From Octopus vulgaris (lineage: Eukaryota), in NCBI GenBank assembly GCA_951406725.2, contig OX597816.1, positions 160,084,001 to 160,148,000 on the forward strand: a DNA stretch of 64,000 nucleotides, in the 5' to 3' direction. Each line of letters starts with the position of its first letter. The stretch's first letter is position 1. The translations under genes were made by a program, and so were the position numbers. Below, in pieces: positions 1-13,898 of the stretch. A model generated the notes under the pieces. That model did no database searches, had not been told where the DNA came from, and saw only the letters and a list, made by a program, of their open reading frames with translations.

Positions 1-175
1 TAGCCAAAAAAATGATGGTAAATTTTTTTTTAGTTAAAAAGTATATATATATATATATTTTTCAGAATATCAAAATAGTTTTATTATGACATATGTGTGT
101 CAAGTTTCATCAGAATGAAAGCCGTGGTCAGGGTGAGGTACAACCTGACAGACACGCAGACAGACAACTGCCGTT

Positions 176-339
<164 letters not shown>

Positions 340-644
340 TATCCTCGTGTATTGCTGTGTCGTTGCCTTTGGATGTTATACTGGTTGTTGATGTTAGTAT
401 GGTCCGCTGACTTCACTTATTTTAAGTAGCGTTTTCTAGAAACAAGGTCAAAATACAGTTGGTGTCAGTCACTCCGATTTATTCCATCAGCACATGGCCC
501 CTTCCCTCTTATGGAACGAGATTTTTTTCTGTTGAATGTGTTTTGATTTGAAGAGCTCTAGAATGAATGATTTCGCTATCGTATTTCCTTCGAATAACTT
601 CATTATCCGTTGCCGATAATTACGGAAAATAACCACAGTATTGG

Positions 645-740
<96 letters not shown>

Positions 741-741
741 T

Positions 742-2528
742 CTAGCAGAGATACCCGGCGTTGCCTGTGTTACATACAATTGAAGAATTAGACTTTTCTG
801 TTATATTTGCTCTAATGAACTGGAATATCTATGTTTCGAATTCATCAAAATTGCAGATGAGGGTTATTTTCCTCTTTACACCACCACCCCCAAAAAATTG
901 TAATCGTGCCACATATACTCCCATACTACTGATTTTTATGCGCATATTCCAAAATTCCAGTCTTATTGAACCTGTTAAAAAGATTTTGCTCCTGAAAAAT
1001 GAAGGTCATGGAGCTCTAAAATGTGAGAGTTAAGGCCCCTGTTGGGGGTGGGCATCTTAATGTCAACCAGAGAAGTTGAATTGTTGAGAATCTTTTTTAC
1101 TTGGGTCTTCTATTCTTTGAATTTCTTTGAAATAGGAAATATATGTTCAGTGGGTTTGTAAAAGTGAGCAAAGCTACAGGAAACCAAAAGACGAATGATC
1201 ACAATAAGCAGTCAGTTACCCTACCCTAGTCGTTACCACTCCCAATGTAGGATTCCTCACCATCCAGGTGACAGGCACAGCCATAAGACTCATTACGAAT
1301 CTATAGCAATTGGAAGAGCGTGACCCAACTGAAATAAACATTAACAACTGTGTGACGTGAGGGCTAAGGAGAAATGAAAGTTGGAGTTTGCAAATGACCA
1401 CTATACTGATACGTAACTGGACAGAATAAACATACAATCTATAAATGTCTTTGAATAACCAGTCACTCATCTGGGAAGGCCTTGAAATCAATGTTACCAT
1501 GTGAGGACTATGTGTGGACCCAGTGATAATAAAAAGACTGAAAGGAGATCTGCAATCAAATAACTTTACTCAACACTTTGTAACTGAATCAGTGGAGGCA
1601 AAGATGCCTCTCATTTACTCGACAATTTACGCCAAGTTACCACACAGTGGGACTGAAGTGAGGACCATGTGTTTTGGAACGAAGTTTGTTACCACACAGC
1701 CACACCTGCATCTGTGTGTGTGTGTGTATGCATGTATATATATATGAATATATATGTGAACATATTATATGTACATCTATATATATATACATCTACACAT
1801 ATACATGTATACATATACATCTATATGAATAGAAATAAATGTATACATATACCGCTATACACACATACACACACACACACATACATAGGTGCAGGTGTGG
1901 ATGTGTGGTAACAAAATTCGTTCCAAAACACATGGTCCTGGGTTAAATATTAAATGTAAAATAATAAGGTTGAAAAATTGAATATTAATTTGATTAATAT
2001 GAATTGAAAACCAATGGTGTAGCATACAAGACCATAGCGGATCTTCTTCTAGCAAAATGGATGTCCACTGTTAATGGTTCATCCTTCTTATATAATAGTT
2101 TGACTTTAATAGTTTCAGTATTAAAGTGAAAGTATCTGACATTACAATAGAGAGATGTTTTTGTTTCACTTTTAACACGTAATACTGAAATAGTGGAGAA
2201 GATATGATATTGTTGTGGGCTCGCCCCAGGCAAGAAGTTAGAAGATTTTTTTGCCCATGACACTACATGGACCCTAAGTAAGGCATGTGTAAAATTTGAA
2301 TGAAATTGGTTGTGTAGTTCTCAAGTTTTAGGGATTCATAGTGGAGGAGATATGATATTGCTGTGGGCTCGCCCTGGGCAAAAAGTTAAAATAATTTGCC
2401 CATGACACTCCCTGGACCCTAAGTAAGGCATGTGTAAAATTTGAATGAAATTGGTTGTGTACTTCTCAAGTTTTAGGGATTCACACAGAGACAGACACAC
2501 ATTCTCAGTTTTATATATCTAGAAGATA
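742..2528. mobile_element. Non-autonomous Helitron/Helentron-associated (HINE-like) element with nested inserts and a ~150-bp subterminal tandem duplication (~2190-2483)
   Basis: Ends CTAGCAGAGATACCCGGCGTTGCC ... ACAGACACACATTCTCAGTTTTATATAT; similar ends at 59938-60242 and a similar right end at 1-190. Confidence 0.55.
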
Positions 2529-3591
2529 CACACACACGCACACACACACACACAGATTTATTTATTTATTTATTTACAATATAATGAAACTCATTCAAGC
2601 AAGATATTATCAAAAGCTGCAAATGTAATCCTGATACTCTCTTTTACATTGCGTTTTGTTTTCCTCTCTTTCTCTCTATCTCCTTCTCCTCCTTCCCCTT
2701 TCTCCCTTTCTCCTCTTTCCACCTCCTTCTCTCCTTTTTCTCTCTGTGTCCTCTCTCCCTCTCTCTCTCTTTCTATACACCCTTCTCTCTCTCCCTCTCT
2801 CTCTCTCCATGCCCCTCTCTGTAATGTATTAGTTTTTCGTAGGAGTGAAGGTAAGGGTGATAAATAGTTTACACTGGACTGGTTTTGGGGGAGTCGATTT
2901 ACCCGTAGACAAATTTGCTATTTAGAGCTCAACCATCCACCCCACCGCCGGCTCCATCTCAGAGTAGTGTATCCACCAAATGCTGACATTGGTATCGAAC
3001 TCAACAATATTTCGGTGAATATAAAGATGTTTTTTTTCTTTTTTACAAAAAGCTTGTTTGCAACCTTCTTTTAATATATCTATATTCGTCACTTACTTGT
3101 TTCAGTCATTCGGCTGCGGCCATGCTGGGGTACCACTTTGGAGGGTTCAGTCTGATACTTATCCTATCGCTCACTTTTTGCCGAGCTGCTGGGTCACGGG
3201 GTCGTAAACAAACCAGCATCAGTTGTTAGAGGCGATGATCTGGGAACAAACACAAACACAGAGAGACATATAACATATATAAATGAAATTTATAGAAAAA
3301 CAAAAGATGAAGATAGGTGTGTGAACAACAAGCAAGTGCATTCGTTTGACGCTTGGAAAAATGAAAAAGTATTTTATATTTCGAGCCGACGCTCTTCAAC
3401 AGAAGGGAATTGAAAAAATAAACAGAGAGAGAATGTAAAAAACTTGTAGATTTCAGCATGGCGAATGAATCATAGACACGGACTCACACTAAAATTTATG
3501 CCGGATCTTGTGAATCCAAATTTAAATTCGCCTGAACAACCAAAGATCTTCTTTCAGGGTCCCGAAGAGACGCAATACAACGACACACGCA

Positions 3592-3825
3592 GCATATGTA
3601 TGGCGCCTAAAGGATAATCATACGCCCTTTAGCATCAGGTGGAAATTATTAGAAGCCTATGGACTCTGTCGCAATGGAACAAATCTATGTAAATTATGTA
3701 TGGTAGAAAAATATATAATCCTTATGAACTCACATGAGCCAGGAGGCTACCTGAACTCCAGGACGGAAGCCGTGCGGAGTTGTCCACATTTTCGGAAATT
3801 TTTACTTCAAAATTGGAAACCCTAG
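3592..3825 (+). pseudogene. C-terminal fragment of a Penelope-like element ORF (end of the GIY-YIG region)
   Basis: Hand translation AYVWRLKDNHTPFSIRWKLL..CKLCMVEKYII..LNSRTEAVRSCPHFRKFLL* matches the PLE C-terminal CxLCxxEK / LNxRxE..CxH motifs. Confidence 0.8.
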
Positions 3826-3943
3826 CTATCAAGCGAAGGAAGACAACTCGTCTGGCCATAAGTTTTTCAGAGGAATATTTCTTGAACTATCACCGGCATT
3901 CTTGTGATTTTAAAAAACATTCTTTGCAGAGAACAGTTATCGT

Positions 3944-4004
3944 TTAGAGAAACTGAAGATATGTCTAGTCTATGCTAGATATGAAACCAATGGGTTTTTT
4001 CTAA
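3944..4004 (+). ncRNA. Type I hammerhead ribozyme motif in the PLE 3' region
   Basis: TTAGAGAAA-CTGAAGA-T-[ATGTCTAG tctatg CTAGATAT]-GAAA-CC aatg GG-TT-TTTTCTAA. Confidence 0.65.
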
Positions 4005-4616
4005 AACTGTTACTTTACACATATAGAAATATATATATGTATACACACACACACACACACACACACATTTATTCATTTATACGCGACGGGTCTCTACATA
4101 GTTTCCTTTTACCAAATTCTCTCACAAGGAATTGATCGGTTGGACACTATAATAGAAAGCACTGACCCAAGGTGCCACACCGTAACACAGAGCGCGAACC
4201 ATATTGCTGCAAAGCGAGCTTCTTAACCACGCAGCCGTATTATATTTTTGGCATAAAATTCCAGGAGACATGATATATACTTTTCTACACTAGGCATAAG
4301 ACCCGACATTTTTGGGGAGGGGGCCAGTCGATTAAATCGACCCAGTACGCAACTGGTACTTAATTTATCGACTCCGAAAGGGTGAAAGGCAAAGTTGACC
4401 TCGGCGGAATTTGAACTCAGAACGTAAAGACAGACGAACTACCCGTAAGCATTTTGCCCGGCGTGCTAACGCTTCTGCCAGCTCGCCGCCTTGGAGACAT
4501 GGTATATTACAAGATAAGTTCTTTTAATAACAATAATCGTATCCTTTGATATCTGGCCTTTTATTTAGGAGCAAGGAATTTTCATAGATTATGTCAGTAG
4601 CAGCAGCAAACTTTTT

Positions 4617-5036
4617 GGATCTTTTCGGTTTGAACGGCAGTTTTTTTCTAGCGGTGTCATATGAAATTGTCACCCATAATTATGACCCTAGAATCGATCT
4701 ATTGCATTTCAGTCTGTTTTAGAGTTAGGGTTAGGGTTAGGGGTGGGGGAAGGGTGTCTTTTTTTTCTTCACAAATGTAAATAAACCCAATCTGTTTCTT
4801 AAACGAGGGACATATCCATACGGCACAGAATGCTTTTTAACTCAATAGCCGTCACTGATTGGTTGAAATTGCAGAAATAGAAGAAAAAAAAACACAACAA
4901 ATATCTTACAAACTATAGAATCTTCTCAATAAAGCCAAGAGAAAAAGATGTTTTATAAACACATTCTACCAGTATACGAAGTTTAAAATGTTTTAGTTAA
5001 AAACTGCCGTTCAAACCGTTCAAACCGAAAAGATCC
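4617..5036. mobile_element. Merlin-type MITE
   Basis: TIRs GGATCTTTTCGGTTTGAACGGCAGTTTT; 8-bp TSD AACTTTTT (4609-4616 and 5037-5044); internal TTAGGG repeats. Confidence 0.85.
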
Positions 5037-5229
5037 AACTTTTTTCCTTTCATCCGCACATTCGCCTCTGTTTCCTTCTGTCACACACATATGTACACAT
5101 GTATATATGTATGCATATGTACATACGTACTTACATACATCCATTCATTCATCCATACATGGAAATATTGCTGAAGCATGGCCTTGTTCGTGACGGCAAG
5201 AGCAAACTTTAGTAAGAACTAATGAAGAC

Positions 5230-5270
<41 letters not shown>

Positions 5271-6339
5271 GTTATTTGTTTTGCTAGGCTGATTTGTCTG
5301 AAGAAAGAAAACGGGCAAGAATGAGCATGAAAGAAACATTGGCCGACCGAGAAAAAAATGGCAACCCAACTGTGAAAAATGCTGTCAAAGAATTCGTTGC
5401 TTAAATATCTGTAGAAAGAAGCGAACGTATAAAATTCTCCACCTAATTAAATCACAGGGAGTATTATTCCTTCGAGGACAAAAAAAGGTGGGGAGGGGAG
5501 GGGACAAAAATAACAACAAAAAAAAGGATACAAATAAATACAAAAAGAACAAAAAACGCAACAAAAATTCACTCGAAAATATCACATTTAACTACCTTGT
5601 AAAGTTGCTTAAAAAACAATAAGGGTCTGGCGAGAAAAAACGGGTTTCAAATTGTTGTTGGTTCGCTAAGATATCACTTACTCACTTTTCCTTAGCTTTC
5701 TCTCTTTTTCTCATTTTTTAAAGTATTTTTTTTTACTTATTTTCTTCGTTTTCCCTTTTCTTTCTTTTTTTTATTAACCGTTTCATATGTTGTGTAAAAT
5801 TAGGTACTAAAAGGAATTTTGAAAGGTGCTGCCCTCCCAAATGATTGATGATTTGGATCTGTGTACCCAAACATTGCTACTTAAAGGAACCCCTTGTGAT
5901 AACCAATCTCCTTTCGGTTCGAGCCTTTTCTTTCCCCCACCACTTCCTTTCTCTGTATGAATGTATTTTTGCCTATTTCTTTTATTTTCTTCTCAAGTTA
6001 ACTGTGAATGAAAGAAAGGAATCGACTGGGAATATAAAAAAAGCCCCTTATTTAAAGAGGTCAAGTAAATGGTTACCCCGAAAATATTATGAGAGTCGCT
6101 ATATTTTAAAACCGAATCTTGGATGAACGAATGATAGATCTACGTGGTTATCTCACTTACTAGAAAGAGCAGCAAAATCTCTCAAATCACGTTGTTGCGT
6201 CTATACAATTGAAATGCAATGTCTATGGATATGGCAGGCCGGTGGTTAAAAGTAAAAGGGATCAGAGATCCGTCCCGTACCATAGGCACATAAGTCGGTT
6301 TCTGTGATGTTTATATTCCACTCTTCTCCAGTCCGTCTC

Positions 6340-6685
6340 AGGGTTACTCATTTTTCTCAGTTGAGTAGAGAGGGGCAGCGTGGAATGAAGTGGTTTGCTC
6401 ATGGACACAACACATCGCCCGTTCTAGGAATCGAAACCACAATCTTAGGATCATGTGTGCAGCATCCTGGCCACTTAGGCACGCGCCTCTCCAGCCGTAT
6501 GATAACCGACGAGATGTCAGTCTATCGAAGGATTACTCGTTTTCTCCAGCTGAGTGGAGTGGAGCAACGTGAAATGAAGTGTTTTTGATCAAGGAGACAA
6601 GACATCGCCCAGTCCAGGAATCGAAGCCACAATCTTACGATCATAAGTGCAATACCCTGGCCACTAAGGCACGCGCATCCCCAGC
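6340..6685 (-). mobile_element. Tandem pair (~190-bp period) of a third tRNA-derived SINE
   Basis: Two units with GGTTTCGATTCCT (B box) and TGTCCTTGAGCAA-like core on the minus strand. Confidence 0.7.
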
Positions 6686-7063
6686 CCTGTGCTGAGACAA
6701 CAACAATAATTGGCCCTTGGATTAGCTAACAAGTGAGATTCTATGTGGTCATCCGACCTGCTAAAAGTTACATAATGTCTTTATTCTCTTCTTTCATCCT
6801 GCGGCCATACTGGGGCACCGTCTTGATGGTTTGCGGGGTCGATCAAAATCTCTTCCAGTAATTATTTCTATGAGGATGGAGGAATTGCAGAACGAGTAGA
6901 GTATCCAATAAATACCTTTGGTCACTCATTTACTTATACTGTGCTTGGTGTTAAAAGGAATTCCTACTGAAATCGAGGGAAAATAAGTATCAGTCAAATA
7001 AATACGTGAAGAAAATCAGTGATAAAAAAATTAGTAATTATTATTTATCAACGAAGAGAAGTA

Positions 7064-7136
7064 GCCCGGCTAGCTCAGTCGGTAGAGCACGAGACTCTTA
7101 ATCTCGGGGTCGTGGGTTCGAGCCCCACGTTGGGCG
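7064..7136 (+). tRNA. trnK-CUU: tRNA-Lys(CTT), copy 1
   Basis: GCCCGGCTAGCTCAGTCGGTAGAGCACGAGACTCTTAATCTCGGGGTCGTGGGTTCGAGCCCCACGTTGGGCG: full cloverleaf, CTT anticodon, A and B boxes, no encoded CCA, T-run terminator at ~7142. Confidence 0.98.
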
Positions 7137-8690
7137 AATGATTTTTTATTTCTTGATTTGTTCAAGATTTTTTCTTGATTTATTGATTTGTTTACAAATT
7201 ATTTATTGTTAACCGCTTACAAAAAAAAAATCATAAGCTTTCTATAGTCTTTTAATTTAAGGGATAATCATAATATTGTTCGACAGAAAATAAATACCAG
7301 TCATACATCTTAAGTGAGTTAAATCACATAGACTCAAACACACACACACACACACGATAAAGTGGTGCGAAGAACGTTTAATTATGCAGTCCTATAAAGA
7401 CAACAATTTCTATAAAGACAACAGTTAGAATCGATCTAGGGCTAACCAACAACAGTGAATAAAAATGATGGCCCAGAACGAAGTGCAAATTATCTCCTTT
7501 TATTAATACTGTACAAGCTAAGCCATGTGCAAAGTGTTCGGTGGTGCAACGGTACTGACTGAAGCAATATTTTTATGACAATACCTGCAATGCTGTGTGG
7601 ATTTAAATTTTATCATTGGTACTTGATTTCATTGAATGAAATTTTATTGATGAAATGCAATGTCGTTTCGGCGGGATTTGTACTCAGAACATAAAGGGAC
7701 GGAAGAAACACCACCAAAGTATTTTCTTCTGATGTGTTGATAGTAACAGTAGTTTCAAATTTTGGCACGGAGTCAGCAATTTCAGGGGACGATGTAAGAC
7801 GATTACATCGTTCCCCGAAATGATGATCCCGAAAGGATGATCCCGAAAGTCGATTTCGGCGGAATTTTAATTCAGATTGCAAGAGCGGACGAAATGCCGC
7901 TAAACATTTTGTCTGGCACGAAAACAATTCTTTGTGCTGGCCGGAAATTTTATGCAATGATCGCAATTTTCAACTGGTACTTCAGTTCCGAAGGCAAAGT
8001 CGACTTCGGCAGAATTTGAACTCAGAACGTAAAAACAGACGAAATGCCGCGAAGCATTTTGCCTGACGTGCTAACGATTCTACCAAGCTCGCCTCCTTTG
8101 CCTGAGAGTAATAAAGATGATTTCAGATTTTAGCACAAGGCCAGTAAGATCGGGGAAGGAGCTGAATCGATTACATCGACCCCAGCGCTCAACTGGTACT
8201 TATTTTACTGACCTCGAAAGGATGAGAGCAAAGTTGACCCCTGCTGTACTCTTCCTCTCTGTCTTCCTGTTTCTGTTGTATCTGTATTTTCAAAGGGCCA
8301 GCCTTGTCACACTCTGTGTCACGCTGAATCTCCCCGATAACTACATTAAGGGCACACGTGTCTGTGGATTGCTCAGCCACTTGCACGTTAATTTCACGAG
8401 CAGGCTGTTCCATTGATCGGATCAACTGGAACCCTCGTCGCCGTAACCGACGGAGTGCCACGACGACGGCATACTAAAAATAGAAACTGTAGAAGATGAG
8501 ATCTAGATAATAATAAATTATCGTATTTAGTGTTTTGCTATTCGACTTTCTGAGTTCAGATCTGTCGAAATATACTTAAACTTTTTGTCCGTTCCACATC
8601 AATGAACAACATGTGCTTATACAATGAAAATTTTATCATTCACAATCATCTTTTCATAAAGTCAGTATTATGAGAGATTGCTCTCGGGGA

Positions 8691-8750
8691 GCCCGGCTAG
8701 CTCTTAATCTCTTAATCTCGGGGTCGTGGGTTCGAGCCCCACGTTGGGCG
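8691..8750 (+). pseudogene. tRNA-Lys(CTT) pseudogene lacking the D arm
   Basis: GCCCGGCTAG-CTCTTAAT-CTCTTAAT-CTCGGGG...TTGGGCG: 21-nt deletion between two CTC triplets plus an 8-nt duplication; A box destroyed, B box intact. Confidence 0.93.
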
Positions 8751-10292
8751 CAACATAATTTTGCTGGTTCTGAATCCTATCTTCTGCCTGTTGCAGTCAT
8801 CAAACTTTGAACTTTTAGTCGAATGAATCAACCCCCAGAACTTGATTTTTAAGCCTGGTATTTTTTCTATCCGACTCTTTTGCCGAACCGCTATGTTACG
8901 GGGACGCAAACACACCAACACCAGTTGCCAAGCGGTGTTGAAGGCACAATACAGACAAAAAGATGCATACACACACACACGACGGGCGTCTTTCAGTTTC
9001 CGCCTACCAAATCCACTCATAAGGCTTTGGTAGAACCAAGGCTATAGTAGAAGACACTTGCCCAAGGAGCCACGCAGTGGGACTGAACTTGGAACTGTGT
9101 GGTTGGGAAACAAGCTTCTTATCACACAGCGAAGAATATAAACATGAAAATTACATGCGGTGCTTACAACGAAATCTTTTTTACACTAAGCTGTACGAAG
9201 AGATGATGTACCATGGACATCAAACAACGTTGGATAAGTCCTTCATCCCTCAAGTAGAAGTTGATGACGATGAACTATAAACTAAAATATAGGGTTTCCT
9301 ATCCTTCAATGAATTCTCATTCCATCAACAACATCCCACAGAATCTCACACAGGGTAAACGGCAGTTTTTTGTCCTAAAGCAATATTATGATTCTTATCT
9401 TTGTCCTAACTTAAAAGCGGTGAACTAGCAGAATCGTTAGCACACGGGACAAAAATGCTTAGTAGCATTTCATCGGTTTTAATGTTCTGAGTTCAAATTC
9501 CGCCGAGGTTGACTTTGTCTTTCATCCTTTCGGGGGTCGATAAAATACATAACAAGTGAGTTCTGAGGTCGATGTAATCGACCATATTCCTTTCCCAGAT
9601 TTGGAGGCCTTGTACCGATAATAGAACGGATCATTTCCTAACTTACTAAAATGGCGAGCTGTAAAAATCGTTAGCACGCTGAACAAAAGTGTTCTGCAGC
9701 ATTTCGTTAGACCCTGCGTTCTGAGTTCAAATTCTGCCAAGGTCCACTTTGCTTTTCATCCTCTCGGGATAGATAAAATGAGTACCAGTTGAACACTGGG
9801 GCCGATGTAATCGACTTACTCCTCTCCTGAAATTTCTGTTGTAACTCATTTCTAGATCTAAATTATTTAGTAAAAATGACCCGGAAGTTGTTTCTCTTCG
9901 ATTACTATTGCAAGCAGCAGTAGCTTTCTTCAACCGAATACACGTCGTTGATTGGTTGAAATGACCTAAATACGACAACATTAACACGAAATAACTTCTA
10001 AAATGCGAAATTTTGTCAAAAAACATTTCGTGTAAACTGTGTTCTCCGTGAGAAATTCTACCAGTATTCGAAGTTTGAAACTGTTTAGTTAAAAAAAAAA
10101 TAATTAAAAAATCTGTGATTGAGATGGAATGGAACCCCGACTGGAAAAATCGAAGACAAAACTTTGTAACCATCAGAGCGTTTAGTAAAACGACCGCCAT
10201 AATTATTGATAGCAGAGCCACTCCAGTGCGTGCTTCAGTTCTATCACCTTATAATAGAGTAAGTAGTTATCAGAGAAGAAAAAACCTGTGCA

Positions 10293-10365
10293 GCCCGGCT
10301 AGCTCAGTCGGTAGAGCACGAGACTCTTAATCTCGGGGTCGTGGGTTCGAGCCCCACGTTGGGCG
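10293..10365 (+). tRNA. trnK-CUU: tRNA-Lys(CTT)
   Basis: Identical to copy 1; T-runs follow. Confidence 0.98.
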
Positions 10366-10608
10366 AATGCTTAATTTTTGTTTTTATAAAAGAATCTTAT
10401 AAACCAAATGCGTAATATTTTTTCTCTGTGTGTGTATGCTTTTTCAAGTGAATTCAGTTTTTCAACATGTTCAATGCAGAGTAAATCCTGTATAATGTCG
10501 TTTTTGTAATAGATTTCTTAGAAAACCTTCAGTACCAATCAAGTACTGAAATCAATGTTTTTGGTAAACACTCTCCCCTAAATTTCAGCGTCTCTGCCAA
10601 ACATTTAG

Positions 10609-11736
10609 GGATCTTTTCTGTCTGTCTCACACTTTCTGAAGCTTTAAAATTAAGTAAACATTTTCAAATTTGGTATATTGATGTAATTTTTTACGCTGAA
10701 TATGATGTTATTCACTTGTGCCAGAGAAATTTTAGAAAAATGTTATAGAAAAAAGTTAGTTTGAATATTATTTTTTTTACCCAATCAGAAAAACAGGATT
10801 TTAAGGCTGGCATTTTTCGAGTGAAGACATTACAACGACAAAACATTCAACGGCAGAAGTTTTAAGAAGTTTTAATGAACTTCCGCCGTTGAAAAAATAA
10901 AACCAAAACATAAAGAATCAAAAGAAGAAACTGATCATTAAAAAAACAACCCCCACCCCGCAAAACATGTGATTCAGCTCATGTAAGCAATACATATTTT
11001 GTAGCGATATTTCAAAAACGACAGTTTGCGATGGACTCTGTCAAACAAATAACAATTTTCGTACTCCTGCGTCACATAAGCTTGAAGAAATACGAGTCAA
11101 CCACAGAACAGTAAGTGCCACAGCGTCGTTTATTCCTTCATTTTACCTGGGCCCAGGTGCTTTACAGTTTTTGCGTGTGGGTACCATCTTTCGAGTTAAT
11201 AAACATAATGAACTTGTTCACTGTTCTATGGTGAAAATTATAACCATCAATTTCAGGAATGTGAGAGTAGGTCCTCCCCAAGTCACTGCAAATTGTGATT
11301 CCTGGTAGAATCGACTAACGTATGCATTCCTCCTGTGTGTCACAATTCCGACATGGCATCGCTTAAAGACGAACATGGCTGGTCTGGCGACACACTTCAG
11401 TGCTCATGTAGCATCCCTTCTCGGAACTATTTACGTCTTGAGAAAATTGTTTCGTCTCTCAACAATCTTCTCAGGACCGCCAATCTGAATGGGTTGTGGG
11501 GTAGGTTCTAAGTACATATTTCACGAACATAGCTGTTGTAATCAAGTCGTGCAGTGACAAGCAGACTACACGTTGGCTTGTTTACTATGTATCAATTTCA
11601 AAGTTTAAAAGCTGTTACTTTTTTTTTATTATTCATTTATGGCAAAAATAAACCTCATTTCCATAATAAGCATACAAAACTATTTTAATGCAGCAAATTT
11701 GAAAAACAGAAAAGTGTGAGCCAAAAAGAAAGATCC
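10609..11736 (-). mobile_element. Internally deleted Merlin (IS1595/ISXO2-like) DNA transposon
   Basis: Imperfect ~30-bp TIRs starting GGATCTTT; 8-bp TSD ACATTTAG/ACGTTTAG; decayed DDE transposase at ~11090-11560, homologous to 14490-14950. Confidence 0.85.
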
Positions 11737-12648
11737 ACGTTTAGTATAATTAAGCAGAGGGTTATTTTGGTTATAAATAATAGAGGCAGCAAGTTGGCAA
11801 AATGGTTAGCACGCCTGACAAAATGCTTAGCGGCATTTCGTCCGTCTTCACGTTCTGAGTTCAACTTTCGCTGAGGTCGACTTCGACTTTCTTCATTTCG
11901 GGGTCGATAAAATACATAACAGCTGAGTACTGAGGTTGATGTAATCGACTATCCCAATTTCCCAAAATTGCAGGCTTTGTGCTGATAGTGGAAATGACTA
12001 TTTCCTAAATTTATTAAAGCGGTGAGCTGGCAAAATCGTTAGCACGCCGGATGAAAATGCTTTGCGACATTTCGCCTGTCCTTACTTTCAGAGTTCAAAT
12101 TCTGCTGATGTCGGCTTTGCTTTTTATCATTTCGGAATAAATACAATAGGTACCAGTCGAACACTGGGGTCGATGTAATCGACTTACTTCCCCACCACCA
12201 AAATTGCTGGCCTAACTTATTTCCAAACTCATTTCTCTTCAAATGGTTTTTTTTTATGTATACATATTGTATTTTGTATGTTTTCAGGTTTTTATTTTTA
12301 TGCGTGAAAGTGAACGTGTTGTTTTTTCCTGGCCGAAAATCAGTGGAAAATTTTTATTTCATATTACGGGATTTTGCGAAGGAAACTTATGGCTGAATAA
12401 ATCGATTGAATTAGTGATAATCCACCGCTTGAGGGGTTCTTAACGAAATCTGTAACATTAACGAAATGTCATATATAATAAGGTTACCCAAAGAACAACA
12501 ACGTTATTCATGATTACCTTTAGAGAGACTTAGAAATAATATTTCTATTAAATATTATATAAGTATTATCAAATAATATATAATATATTAATATAAAATT
12601 GCTAGCAAAATGTTCTTGTTTTTAAAAAAAAAAGAAGAAAAAGTCACT

Positions 12649-12721
12649 CGCCCAACGTGGGGCTCGAACCCACGACCCCGAGATTAAGAGTCTCGTGCTC
12701 TACCGACTGAGCTAGCCGGGC
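12649..12721 (-). tRNA. trnK-CUU: tRNA-Lys(CTT)
   Basis: Exact reverse complement of copy 1; A-runs on + strand act as terminator. Confidence 0.98.
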
Positions 12722-13898
12722 TGATCTGTCCGTTCATTCAATGATAATTACTTTGTTTATTACAAGGTCATAGAACTGAAGCGCTCACTAGATTAGCTGT
12801 ATTGTCAATGATGACGGTATTTGTTTTACTAAACGCTCTGATGATTGCAACATTTCATCTTCGATTTTTCCAGTCGGTGGTATTTTCCAAAATGTACATG
12901 GAATTTGTTAATGAGAGTACGAGGATGTAAATTAGATTAGATTTCGAAGTTGTATAACTTGAACTCCTTAACAAGATTCATCTTGAACACTAACAATTAT
13001 TTCTGTAAGACTGATTTTTAATAAGTTATTTTTTAATTCTATTTATTTATATATTTATTTATTTATTTTGGCTCACTACATTAACTATCTTACTGAACTT
13101 TGTGATGATTACAACAGTTTATCTTCAATATCTGAATATTCGATGATACACTGGGATACACTGATTATTGACTCAAAATGGTGACAAACAGTTCGGTTAA
13201 AACCGCTTAATATTTGTGTGTATAGTATATCTTTAAACAAGTGACAAATTCATACCACAGAATATCATTTAATTTCTCACCGTGATCTTTCTAGGAAACA
13301 GTTTATTCCCCCAGTTATTATTGTAAGTTGCTTATTTTACCGAGCCCATAAGGTTATTTTCGGCAGGATTTCTACTCAGATTATAAAGGGCATCAAGTAA
13401 TATTGCAACGCATTTCTCGAAGCCATAACAATTCTGTCAAGGAATCAACTCTTCATTTCTAACATAGACACAAGATCTGACGTCTGGGGAAAGAAAGAAG
13501 TCGATTAAATGGATCCTATTATTTGACTGGTATTGAATTTTATCGACCATAAATGCTCGAAGGAAACTTATGGCTGAATAAATCGATTGAATTAGTGATA
13601 ATCCACCGCTTGAGGGGTTCTTAACGGAATCTGTGACATTAGCGAAATGTCATATATAGAGAGGTTACCTAAAGAACAACAACGTTATTCATGATTACGC
13701 AGTAAATTAAACGAACGGAGGAATCAATTACATATTTTTATTAGGAATTAATAACAACTAATTACAAAATAATTACAATTAGTTTTAAGATAATTATTAA
13801 ATAATATATAAGTATTAGCAAATAATGTATAATATATCAATTAACGTAAAATTGCTAGCAAAATGTTCTTTCTTAAAAAAAAAAAAGAAAGTGCATTT

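Noticed and set aside
7064-7136. tRNA-Lys copies as SINE heads or retrocopies
   Set aside because: No shared 3' body, no CCA, poly-A or TSD; they have upstream flank homology and T-run terminators
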